From: a virus
Taxonomy: Duplodnaviria; Heunggongvirae; Uroviricota; Caudoviricetes
DNA: 43,981 nucleotides
IMG/VR virus record: IMGVR_UViG_3300045988_012512
Coordinates: 1-43,981 of that record
Direction: 5' to 3' (one strand)
Under the pieces are notes generated by a model. The model searched no databases, was not told where the DNA came from, and saw nothing but the letters and a program-made list of their open reading frames with translations. The translations under genes and the position numbers were made by a program. Positions 26,761 through 34,508 of the stretch are shown here, one piece after another (position 1 is the stretch's first letter; every line of letters starts with the position of its first letter).

Positions 26761-26906
26761 AAACCAGTATGAAGCTGCCGTTGTTGGGTGTCAACAGAGA
26801 TTTCCGGCTCGCGTTACCGCACATCGGCCTGACCTTGTCACAGGTCCGCGCGGGGGATGATACCCGGAATGCCCGCAATGTTGTTTATCTTCTGTTGACG
26901 AAATAA

Positions 26907-26929
26907 AACCCGGATTCGCGGTCCGGGTT
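26907..26929 (-). terminator. intrinsic terminator downstream of the endolysin gene
   Basis: 8-bp stem AACCCGGA / TCCGGGTT followed on the minus strand by TTTATTTC. Confidence 0.5.
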
Positions 26930-26968
26930 TCGGGGTGGGGCAAGCACAAACAGCGCAGGGTGATTATA

Positions 26969-27457
26969 TCAGCCTTTCACCGCACGTCCAATAGCAACCG
27001 CCTCTTGCCACGGTTTACCGTCGAACAGTGCCAGACGTCCAGCGGTACGGCGGCGCAAGCCAAGTAATGGTTTGCCGTTCTGGTTGATGAACAGCGCCAG
27101 CTTGGCCCGCAGTGTCGCAACGTCGCCTGAGCGCAGTGCCTTACCGGTACCGGTAGTAGCTGCGATAACGCCAGCACCCGCGTTAAATACCAGGTCGCAC
27201 ACTGCATCGAACTGCGCCTGTGTCAGCGAATGGTGTGCGGCGGCGTCAACCGCAGCTACGGCCTTAGCCATGTCGCGATTCAGTAACAGGAGGCCTTGGC
27301 CTGGTGTGATGGTCTGCCCGGCCTTAACATGTGGGCCATAGCTTCCGTACCCAATAGTAAGGTACTTCTCATTTGGCGTAGCACGATACGCAGTCCCGCG
27401 GAACCCCTCGAACGCGGCGGTGAAATGCAGTCCATTATCTGAAATATTTCGAGACAC
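26969..27457 (-). CDS. endolysin (GH24 lysozyme / T4 lysozyme-like)
   Basis: LHFTAAFEGFRGTAYRATPNEKYLTIGYG catalytic motif; GGAGG RBS before GTG at 27457 (ORF track extends to 27508). Confidence 0.75.
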   Translation of the reverse strand: MSRNISDNGLHFTAAFEGFRGTAYRATPNEKYLTIGYGSYGPHVKAGQTITPGQGLLLLNRDMAKAVAAVDAAAHHSLTQAQFDAVCDLVFNAGAGVIAATTGTGKALRSGDVATLRAKLALFINQNGKPLLGLRRRTAGRLALFDGKPWQEAVAIGRAVKG

Positions 27458-27707
27458 GCTTATGTCCTCCGTATGACAGCCACGCCTGACGAATCTGGCG
27501 CAGCGCAACTAATGTGATTAATGTCTCAGGCAGCGTTGGTGACACGCTGCCCTGTAACAGGTGGATACATCCGGCGGCGCAGACGATAGCAGTCAGGATA
27601 TAGAGCACCCGGCCGAACAGCCCGTCATCAACGCTGGGATGGTACACATTAAACAGCGATGTACCCCCGATTGCCAGCATACCGCCGAACCAGAATAACT
27701 CATTCAT
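27435..27707 (-). CDS. holin-like membrane protein
   Basis: About 90 aa from ATG 27707 (MNELFWFGGMLAIGG...) with 2-3 hydrophobic helices, immediately upstream of the endolysin. Confidence 0.55.
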   Translation of the reverse strand: MNELFWFGGMLAIGGTSLFNVYHPSVDDGLFGRVLYILTAIVCAAGCIHLLQGSVSPTLPETLITLVALRQIRQAWLSYGGHKRVSKYFR

Positions 27708-28008
27708 CCGGGCCTCCTCGACGTGAGATGTATTCCCCGGCGACGATACCGGAGAGGCGGGAATAGATAGGCATCCAGAGAATAGCGATGATGAAACCCA
27801 GACCAGCGATTTCACGCTCCCCGGTAATGCCGAACCATTGGGCAGCGAGAGGCGCACCGAATACGGCGCAAGCGAAGCCGGTTACAATAAAGAATAAGCC
27901 GTCGATGGGTCCAGAAATAACGGACTTATGTTGTCGTAGTCCGATGACCCCTCCGGCGAGTGCGGCAGCGAGAAGCCAGCCTGTCACTGTTTCAGTAAAT
28001 TTATCCAA
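27700..28008 (-). CDS. holin / antiholin-like membrane protein (three predicted transmembrane helices)
   Basis: 102 aa with three hydrophobic segments; adjacent to the second holin-like gene. Confidence 0.55.
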   Translation of the reverse strand: MDKFTETVTGWLLAAALAGGVIGLRQHKSVISGPIDGLFFIVTGFACAVFGAPLAAQWFGITGEREIAGLGFIIAILWMPIYSRLSGIVAGEYISRRGGPDE

Positions 28009-28083
28009 GATGAATCCTCCAGGTGCGTATTAAGTATGCAGTAACTGGAGGATAGCACGGTTAGGAATTATCTTAATAACGGT

Positions 28084-28377
28084 TTATTTATGACGCCAGA
28101 TGTATTGTCGTCTCTGCGGTTTCGTCGGAATATCATCGTATCCGAGCGATTTCCAGTAATTAAATAACCGATTAGCGATTGCAGCGCGTTCCTGCGTTTT
28201 AAACTCACCGAGATTCACGGCCTTCCAGTTCTGGAATCCACAGGCGCGGACAGCTTTGCGTCGGGCCTGAATCTCAGGGTACAGCGCGTTACCCCGACGC
28301 TTGCATATCTGTGTTTTAGCTCTCGGTGACAGCGGCGAGAGGCCGCTTCGTTTCAGGATGTCAGTTGCAAGGCTCAT
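28084..28377 (-). CDS. hypothetical basic protein
   Basis: Likely start at ATG 28377 (ATGA overlap); ORF track extends to 28422. Confidence 0.35.
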   Translation of the reverse strand: MSLATDILKRSGLSPLSPRAKTQICKRRGNALYPEIQARRKAVRACGFQNWKAVNLGEFKTQERAAIANRLFNYWKSLGYDDIPTKPQRRQYIWRHK

Positions 28378-28565
28378 ATACCGAGAATCCCGCTGGCCAT
28401 TTCTTCGGTAGCTTTCGAACACGGCTCATACATTACCTGTTCAGCGAAGTTACGCAGCTTATGCTCAAGCGCCGCGTAATCATCGTATGTCACATAGTCG
28501 CCGTAGTCCCATTTAGCCATCTCAGGCTCTTCCCATCTGGTAGATAATTCGTATCTCTGTACCAT
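28374..28565 (-). CDS. small protein, paralogue B (MVQRYEL...)
   Basis: Begins with the same ATGGT-CAGAGATA nucleotide string as the adjacent paralogue. Confidence 0.35.
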   Translation of the reverse strand: MVQRYELSTRWEEPEMAKWDYGDYVTYDDYAALEHKLRNFAEQVMYEPCSKATEEMASGILGI

Positions 28566-28763
28566 CACTCCACCCCTTCCACATGTGTAACTGACCCACA
28601 GTTCGCGCACTCGACGTAATCCGGGAACTGGTCTTTGTATTTCTGCAACTCGGCTTTTAGTTTCGCATAGTCCCTGTAGCCAACCCATTCACCGTCTGCG
28701 TCTTTCTCTAAATCGATATGCCCGGTAACCCAGTCTTCTTTTAAATCATATCTCTGCACCATG
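28565..28763 (-). CDS. small protein, paralogue A (MVQRYDL..., C-terminal CANCG)
   Basis: AGGAG RBS before ATG 28763; tandem paralogue of 28374..28565. Confidence 0.4.
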
Positions 28764-28967
28764 TTATCTCTCCTGTTTACCAAGTCGCTTAGGTGAGCAG
28801 ATAGCGCGTACCTCTGAATCGTTTGGCTTGTCACCCTGAAACAGGAAGTGCGCGTTCTCTGCGGCGCGTGCCGCTGACTGGCACGCCTCCATCGAATAAA
28901 ACGTTTCTGATGCAGCGAGTTGCATCTGGCCTGCGGACAATACCCAGATAAATAAGATGCTGGTCAT
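28764..28967 (-). CDS. small protein with N-terminal hydrophobic signal or anchor
   Basis: MTSILFIWVLSAGQMQLAAS hydrophobic N-terminus, two Cys; ATGA coupling. Confidence 0.4.
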   Translation of the reverse strand: MTSILFIWVLSAGQMQLAASETFYSMEACQSAARAAENAHFLFQGDKPNDSEVRAICSPKRLGKQER

Positions 28968-29512
28968 GTCGTCTCTCCACATCTGCGGCACACAAAATAA
29001 TCCTCGTCGGCATCAAGAACCCAATCATGATCACATTCCTGAGTATCGTTTTTCGGTTTATATTCCTTGTCGTCCCACTCACGTTCACCACATTTAGAGC
29101 AAAGCTCGCTACCAGGAACGTTGTTCGGATTGCCTTCGCTGAGAAACAACCCAGGCATAATAATCCAAGAGTGCTCGCATTCCTGGGTATCTTCTTTACG
29201 GCAACCAGATTGCTCCGGCGGTACAGGCGTCTGGGTGCACCGACAATTTACCGTTGGCCCGGGCGCATGTTCGCCAACCACGTAGCTCTGGCCCCTAGAA
29301 ATGTACCCACCCTTACGCACAAGTTTGTAAGCCTCTACATCCCCGGTGGCGGTAGCCAGCGCCATATGTAACTCCTTAATCTGCACCGAAGCATCACGTA
29401 ACTGATTCTTAAGTGACTGCACCTCATGAGCCAGGTCTTCGCTCCGGCTGTTATTTACCTGCTGCCGTAGCTGGTCGATCAGGTACTCGAATATTTCGTT
29501 TTTGTTACTCAT
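28964..29512 (-). CDS. coiled-coil protein with two zinc-ribbon-like repeats
   Basis: QECEHSWII...CSKCGERE and QECDHDWVL...CRRCGET; start at ATG 29512 (ORF track 29533). Confidence 0.45.
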   Translation of the reverse strand: MSNKNEIFEYLIDQLRQQVNNSRSEDLAHEVQSLKNQLRDASVQIKELHMALATATGDVEAYKLVRKGGYISRGQSYVVGEHAPGPTVNCRCTQTPVPPEQSGCRKEDTQECEHSWIIMPGLFLSEGNPNNVPGSELCSKCGEREWDDKEYKPKNDTQECDHDWVLDADEDYFVCRRCGETT

Positions 29513-29642
29513 CAGCTTCACCCCTTTTCTCATCCACCCCGACTAGCAGCGATTTAGTGTCGCCGTCACACACCGAAGTGCTACTAATTATTTCGTAAGC
29601 GTCTACCAGTTCGCCTAAAGTCCAGCTACCGTACCAGCCCAT
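29505..29642 (-). CDS. hypothetical small protein (45 aa)
   Basis: GAGAGGAG RBS before ATG 29642; first gene after the promoter at 29673. Confidence 0.3.
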   Translation of the reverse strand: MGWYGSWTLGELVDAYEIISSTSVCDGDTKSLLVGVDEKRGEADE

Positions 29643-29672
29643 CTCTGTCTCTCCTCTCGCTTGTGTAAATGA

Positions 29673-29701
29673 ATAGTAGCCTATTCTATCTTAGCGTGCA
29701 A
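29673..29701 (-). promoter_or_regulatory. sigma70-type promoter (TTGCAC-17-TACTAT)
   Basis: Same architecture as the promoters at 9029 and 30772. Confidence 0.5.
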
Positions 29702-29858
29702 GTAAATTTTATTGGTGTTTGTATTGTTGTATCTCCCGCAATAGTCGCTTCGATTGTGGCGTTTGGTGAAAGTGTCGCTTTTTGACGACACTAAGTTAAA
29801 GTTGTACGCTGCTGTGTAGCAGCGTAAGTCACTCAGTAAAATCCCAAACTATTGAACA

Positions 29859-30062
29859 TCACACTTCTGGCGGCTCAGGTAACGGCATCCAGTGAGAAAA
29901 CACTTCCTGCGCATGTTCCCCGTAGTCCGCCCGGAAATCACACCAAGTTACCCCATCCCACTCGTACACATTGTTCTGGACAACACCGCCCATACTACTG
30001 ACGACCAAAACTGGTTGACCTAGCCCCGGCATCCGCGCACTACACTTAACCCACTCGCCCAT
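29859..30062 (-). CDS. DUF551-family phage protein
   Basis: C-terminal HWMPLPEPP signature. Confidence 0.6.
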   Translation of the reverse strand: MGEWVKCSARMPGLGQPVLVVSSMGGVVQNNVYEWDGVTWCDFRADYGEHAQEVFSHWMPLPEPPEV

Positions 30063-30065
30063 AAA

Positions 30066-30209
30066 TCACCCCTTATTCATCGCAGTTTGCACACCAGCTT
30101 TCCACGCCCGCCACGCGAGACGCGTCTTAACGTTCAGGTACTCTTTCTTTGAACCCTTGTTAACCGGCAGACCCTCGACCACAGCCCACCGTTCAAATGC
30201 TTCTCTCAT
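30066..30209 (-). CDS. hypothetical small protein (47 aa)
   Basis: ATGA-coupled to the upstream ORF. Confidence 0.3.
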   Translation of the reverse strand: MREAFERWAVVEGLPVNKGSKKEYLNVKTRLAWRAWKAGVQTAMNKG

Positions 30210-30361
30210 ACCAGAACCTCACATTCATCCCGATACACGAACAATAACGACCCTTTGTACTCAATCATAAAACCATAATGGTTGCTGCTGAACGCCAGAA
30301 AAACATCACCTACCGAGATACCGAAATCTATAAGCCTGCGGTCAGTTATACGGATTCGCAT
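30206..30361 (-). CDS. hypothetical small protein (51 aa)
   Basis: TAATG coupling to the upstream ORF. Confidence 0.3.
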   Translation of the reverse strand: MRIRITDRRLIDFGISVGDVFLAFSSNHYGFMIEYKGSLLFVYRDECEVLV

Positions 30362-30549
30362 TAACGGCAACCTCCCTCAGAGTCTTCGGCACGAGCATCA
30401 TGATTCGATGCCGTTCTCTCCCGCACTTCTACCATCCTTCCTACCACTGCGGCGTAATGCACATACAGCTTTATTGCGTAATCTTTATTACTTGTCGTCT
30501 CTGTTATGACTCCGTCGACGTATACGTCGTAAATTAATTCTTCCATCAC
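30361..30549 (-). CDS. hypothetical early protein
   Basis: 62-aa ORF, ATGA-coupled. Confidence 0.35.
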   Translation of the reverse strand: MMEELIYDVYVDGVITETTSNKDYAIKLYVHYAAVVGRMVEVRERTASNHDARAEDSEGGCR

Positions 30550-30737
30550 TTCGCCCCTTTGAATTTAAAATTGTTGCCGATTAGCTTTAAATTCTCTTCC
30601 GCTACGTATACCACCGAATTTACTCCTCTCACCTTTTGCACAGTAACTCCGTACTCTCCCGGAAATAAAGCGGATTTTAATTCAATCACACCGTATTTAC
30701 CGTCGGCGCATTTAACCAACTGACCCTTCTTAAACAT
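30546..30737 (-). CDS. hypothetical early protein
   Basis: GAGGAG RBS before ATG 30737; first gene after the promoter at 30772. Confidence 0.4.
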   Translation of the reverse strand: MFKKGQLVKCADGKYGVIELKSALFPGEYGVTVQKVRGVNSVVYVAEENLKLIGNNFKFKGAK

Positions 30738-30771
30738 AACCACCACTCCTCTGTCTCGTTTCGATAAGTGA

Positions 30772-30800
30772 ATAGTATCCTATTATATTGGGGTGTGCAA
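30772..30800 (-). promoter_or_regulatory. sigma70-type early promoter (TTGCAC-17-TACTAT)
   Basis: -35, spacer and -10 nearly identical to the promoter at 9029..9057. Confidence 0.55.
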
Positions 30801-31152
30801 GAGAATAGTTACGTTGCCGTTGTGATTCTTTCGTTTCTTTAAAGAGTACGCAACGCAGTGGGTGGGCGATAGCCCACCCCAGCGGAGTGAAGTACTCTCT
30901 ACCTTGCTTACGGCAACTAAAGAAACTTTTAATTATCAAGTACTTATGAATGGAGGTAAAATTTAAATAGACGGGGTCTTTCTTGTCACTTGCTGTTACT
31001 TTTAGGAAACTTAGATACTAACGTTACCAAGAGTACTGTTTAGCGCCCCGCTTTAGGGCGGGGCTTTAAGTACCCGAGACTTAAGAATAATGTTTCTAAG
31101 TAATTCTGAACTAAGGCCCTTCGATACGTTGATTTTACAGCTACATTTTATT
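30801..31152. promoter_or_regulatory. divergent control region with nested palindromes, AGTAC repeats and a conserved hairpin
   Basis: About 350 bp without credible ORFs between divergent operons; inverted repeat AGAGTAC/GTACTCT around an 8-bp GC hairpin; hairpin element at 31042..31068. Confidence 0.5.
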
Positions 31153-31192
31153 TTGTCAATAGGTTGTGTTTAGTTATTATAGGTGTTATAGT
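31153..31192 (+). promoter_or_regulatory. tandem sigma70-type promoters (TTGTCA-16-TATTAT and TTGTGT-17-TATAGT) for the plus-strand operon
   Basis: Hexamers with canonical spacing upstream of the gene at 31222. Confidence 0.45.
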
Positions 31193-31221
31193 TGTTTAAC
31201 TTGATAAAGAGGGCGTGTAAA

Positions 31222-31401
31222 ATGACACAGAAAGAAGTAGCAGACTTAATCGGAGTTTCCACTATGACTCTTAATCGCTGGCTTCGGTCCGGTAAGTTCC
31301 CGGAGTGTTGCCGTGTTATTAACGGCTACCGGCAGCCAGGTACGTTTGACCGCGCTACCGTGGAGGCGTGGATTAAGGAGAACGTGAAAGATGCTAACTA
31401 A
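31222..31401 (+). CDS. small HTH DNA-binding protein (AlpA/excisionase-like)
   Basis: MTQKEVADLIGVSTMTLNRWLRSGKFP; AGAGGG RBS (ORF track starts at 31192 with a non-ATG codon). Confidence 0.5.
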   Translation: MTQKEVADLIGVSTMTLNRWLRSGKFPECCRVINGYRQPGTFDRATVEAWIKENVKDAN

Positions 31402-31666
31402 ATTCCAGAAACACATATTAATGTGTGCGCGCAGACTTACCGAGGCGAACGGTGCTTTTACGGTAGATGGGCTTCGTAGATACCGGTTAGATAATTACGG
31501 TGTAAATCCGATTAAACATGCTTTAAATGTTCTTGAGCAACACGGAGAGGTTCTTAATAAAGGAAAGTTTTATCGGGCAACAAGAGCAACGCCGATTACA
31601 GAGAAAGCGAGAAGTATTGGAAAAGTGTTGGTCCCCGAGGGTAATATCTCCCGCGACCTGGAATAA
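31391..31666 (+). CDS. hypothetical protein
   Basis: 91-aa ORF overlapping the upstream stop. Confidence 0.4.
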   Translation: MLTKFQKHILMCARRLTEANGAFTVDGLRRYRLDNYGVNPIKHALNVLEQHGEVLNKGKFYRATRATPITEKARSIGKVLVPEGNISRDLE

Positions 31667-31724
31667 AAGAAAGCCCCGACGCGGTGAACGCCGAGGCCAA
31701 ATTACTTACTGAAGGAAATACAAC

Positions 31725-33992
31725 ATGTCCGATGTAATTTTATCCTACTCGTGGTCTCGTCGCAACGCGCGGGCAGAGAAAAAGGATATAAACGTCAGAA
31801 CCACACACACGGCAACACTGGACGACCTGAAAGAGTTAATCCAGCCGCTTGATGCTGTCCGTGACGGAATTAACCCGAAGACAGCGCCCGGTTATATCAC
31901 CGCCGCGTGCGACTCAACGCACAGCACCGTAAAAGACCCGGAAACCGGTGACTTTAAGCGAGCGCGTAAAGGCTTCTTCTATCGCTGTGACGCGTCTGTA
32001 AGCAAATCATCGCTGGCGTATCTGGACTTTGACAGCGCAACGCCGGAAGAGTATCAGGAAGCGGTGCGCCTGGTTAAGCGTAGCCGCCAGGCTATGTGTC
32101 TCTACACCACGGCATCCCATACCGATGAGTCACCGCGCTTTCGCGTCGTCATGCCGCTGGGCCGCCCGGTCGAAGGGGGCGACATCATCCGCATACGTCA
32201 TGGATTGCTGGAGCACTTCTTCAAAGGCATGGGCGCTGACCGTAGCGGGTTCACTTTGTCTCAGCCCATGTACCTTCCTCCGGTAGGCTCTCAGGTTATC
32301 TGGTCGCGCCGTAACGACCTTATTGACCCGGAAGAGTTACTGGAAGGCATCCCCGCCGTTGACGTTAGCAGCGCATCTGACTACCAGATACCGGAAGAAC
32401 TGCGCACTGCATTTACTGATGCGTTCGAGGCACTGGCGTTCGAATACGGCGGCATCATGACGCCGCGTGGCCTTAAGATGCCCGCCACACCGGAACACGC
32501 AGAAAACTACAGCGACCCGACCCCGCGCCCGGACGACTTCCTGCTGTGCTTCCCGCGCGAGGGATATGAAGCGCCGAACGTAACGATGATTCACGACACC
32601 GACATCACGGCAACCGAAGGCATGTCGCCGAAAGAGGTGTGGAAGTATGCGTGTGATGCGACCGGACTGCCGTTCAGTGAAGTCGCAGAGGCCATCGGAT
32701 GGGGCGCGCGTGAAGCCGTCTCATGCAGCCTGGATGACCTTGAAGACGACGAGGACTCAGAGGAGGACGAGTTACCGGAACCGGTAAAGGCTGATTTCGT
32801 CGTTGAGGGGTACATGCCGTCGGATTGTATCTGGGATATTGTTGGGGAGTCTGGCACGTATAAATCATTCTATACGCTGGGGATGATGTACCTGAGCGCC
32901 GCCGGATACCGGTTTGCCGGGGCAGATACCCAGCGTTGCCACCATTTCTATATCGACGGTGAGGGCGGTGCCACTACACGCACCCGTATTGATGCACTCG
33001 CGGCTAAATATGGCGAGGAAGGTAAAGATTATGTACATGTTATCGATATGGGTGAAGTCGGAAAACTGAAAAGCCTGATTAAGTTAATGCGCGAAACTGC
33101 GGGTGATGAACCCATCGGCATGGTCGCGTTCGACACCCTTAACCAGACGCTGGCCCTGACGATTGATAAGTTCGACGAGAACAGTTCATCAACGGCAATC
33201 GGCATGGGTAAAGTTATCGCCATCCTGAAAGAAGTACGCGACGCAACTAAAGCCGCGGCAGGCGTTGTACACCATACGCCGAAGGGTGGAAAGAAAGCCC
33301 GTGGCAGTGGAGCATTGTATGCTGGTGTCGACGTGGAACTGACAATCGAACGTGCTACCGACCGTCAGATAAACGTATACCACTCTAAATTTAAGCACGG
33401 GCCTCAACAGAAGACGGTTGGCATGGTACTGGAGTCGGTACAGTTTCGTGAAGCACCGCCGCCGAAAGAGTACCGCGCGGTTGAGTTCCTCGGTAGCACA
33501 GAGGAATACGGCACAATAGTAAACCTCGACCTGCCTGAGCCGCACAAGGCGCTTGTGCTGATGCCGTGGGGCTTCGAGCCGTTCAAGACTGATGAGGAGA
33601 AAGAGCGGGAAGAAGGGTTAACTAACGAAGGTAAACAAAATGTACGTAAAACCGTAGAGAACGCCGTCAACAGTTCCGAGTCCACTATACTCGCGGCGTT
33701 TGAACTGGCGGAGGGGACCTACAACGGCAACGAAGGTATCACGGTATCCGCGGCGAATAAGCTCGCACAGTCTGACCCCAACGCAAAGGCGTTTAACTCC
33801 AAAGAAGCCATAGAACGCGGGAAGATTAAGAAAATGGTTGAGGCTGGGTATCTTGTTCCGGGTACTGACGAAAACAATCAGATAATCCCAGGCCGTTACA
33901 GACTTAACACCCGGATAACGGATAACAAGATTCCGAAGACAATATACGAACCCAATGAGATGCTGACAGTGACAGAGGAGGATTTGGAATGA
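31725..33992 (+). CDS. replication protein: primase-like N-terminal domain plus RecA-like ATPase/helicase domain
   Basis: N-terminal LAYLDFD and SHTDESPRFRV (primase-polymerase-like); central GESGTYKS P-loop and MVAFDTL Walker-B-like segment. Confidence 0.55.
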   Translation: MSDVILSYSWSRRNARAEKKDINVRTTHTATLDDLKELIQPLDAVRDGINPKTAPGYITAACDSTHSTVKDPETGDFKRARKGFFYRCDASVSKSSLAYLDFDSATPEEYQEAVRLVKRSRQAMCLYTTASHTDESPRFRVVMPLGRPVEGGDIIRIRHGLLEHFFKGMGADRSGFTLSQPMYLPPVGSQVIWSRRNDLIDPEELLEGIPAVDVSSASDYQIPEELRTAFTDAFEALAFEYGGIMTPRGLKMPATPEHAENYSDPTPRPDDFLLCFPREGYEAPNVTMIHDTDITATEGMSPKEVWKYACDATGLPFSEVAEAIGWGAREAVSCSLDDLEDDEDSEEDELPEPVKADFVVEGYMPSDCIWDIVGESGTYKSFYTLGMMYLSAAGYRFAGADTQRCHHFYIDGEGGATTRTRIDALAAKYGEEGKDYVHVIDMGEVGKLKSLIKLMRETAGDEPIGMVAFDTLNQTLALTIDKFDENSSSTAIGMGKVIAILKEVRDATKAAAGVVHHTPKGGKKARGSGALYAGVDVELTIERATDRQINVYHSKFKHGPQQKTVGMVLESVQFREAPPPKEYRAVEFLGSTEEYGTIVNLDLPEPHKALVLMPWGFEPFKTDEEKEREEGLTNEGKQNVRKTVENAVNSSESTILAAFELAEGTYNGNEGITVSAANKLAQSDPNAKAFNSKEAIERGKIKKMVEAGYLVPGTDENNQIIPGRYRLNTRITDNKIPKTIYEPNEMLTVTEEDLE

Positions 33993-34186
33993 GCGGTAAA
34001 TTTAAAGAAGTAAGCGACGAACTGAAAGGCAATAAATACACCAACCACAGAGGCGAAGTAGTTGAAGTTCTTAACGTAGTTCCTTATGGGCGCGGGTATC
34101 ATGTTGTGTACAGTTACACAGAGGCTTACAGCGTGTACTGCGGGTTAGGTAAGTTTCGCAAAAGATACCCGATAAAGGTGCAATAA
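33989..34186 (+). CDS. hypothetical protein
   Basis: 65-aa ORF, ATGA-coupled to the primase/helicase gene. Confidence 0.35.
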   Translation: MSGKFKEVSDELKGNKYTNHRGEVVEVLNVVPYGRGYHVVYSYTEAYSVYCGLGKFRKRYPIKVQ

Positions 34187-34191
34187 AAAGA

Positions 34192-34210
34192 AAGGGGCAT
34201 TAAGCCCCTT
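34192..34210. terminator. bidirectional intrinsic terminator (AAGGGGC-ATTAA-GCCCCTT)
   Basis: Hairpin between convergent genes, T-runs on both sides. Confidence 0.6.
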
Positions 34211-34415
34211 CACCTAACGCCAGCCACTTGGCGTCTACTTCCAGCACTTCCGCCAGTTTAAACAGCGTTGCCGGGCGGACGTCCTGAGTTACACCGAGAG
34301 CCAGCTGGTTAATCGCACCCTGGGAAACGCCAGTCAGGACAGCCAGCCGGCGCTGGGAGATGCCGAGTTCTTTACGGCGTTGCTCTACACGGATTCCTAG
34401 TTCAGATGGTTGCAT
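34200..34415 (-). CDS. XRE-family (Cro/CI-type) HTH transcriptional regulator
   Basis: LGISQRRLAVLTGVSQGAINQL HTH; AAGGAG RBS; divergent from the promoter at 34480. Confidence 0.65.
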   Translation of the reverse strand: MQPSELGIRVEQRRKELGISQRRLAVLTGVSQGAINQLALGVTQDVRPATLFKLAEVLEVDAKWLALGEGA

Positions 34416-34479
34416 GTCAATTACTCCTTAGTCAGTTGATATGTGAATAGTACCATATTAATTATTTTAGAAAAGCCCA

Positions 34480-34508
34480 TTGACATGTGAATAGTTCGCT
34501 ATTATAGT
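34480..34508 (+). promoter_or_regulatory. consensus sigma70 promoter (TTGACA-17-TATAGT)
   Basis: Perfect -35; overlaps the second copy of the ATGTGAATAGT direct repeat. Confidence 0.6.

Noticed and set aside
26675-26878. 67-aa minus-strand ORF after the endolysin gene
   Set aside because: The frame runs through a strong intrinsic terminator hairpin and has no RBS; the interval is better explained as terminators plus a possible small RNA.
30730-30939. 69-aa minus-strand ORF at the edge of the control region
   Set aside because: Overlaps the early promoter at 30772..30800 and the palindromic control region; no RBS.
32029-33685. Plus- and minus-strand ORFs of 64-118 aa inside the primase/helicase gene
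   Set aside because: Alternative-frame or antisense ORFs within a 755-aa gene that has clear ATPase motifs.
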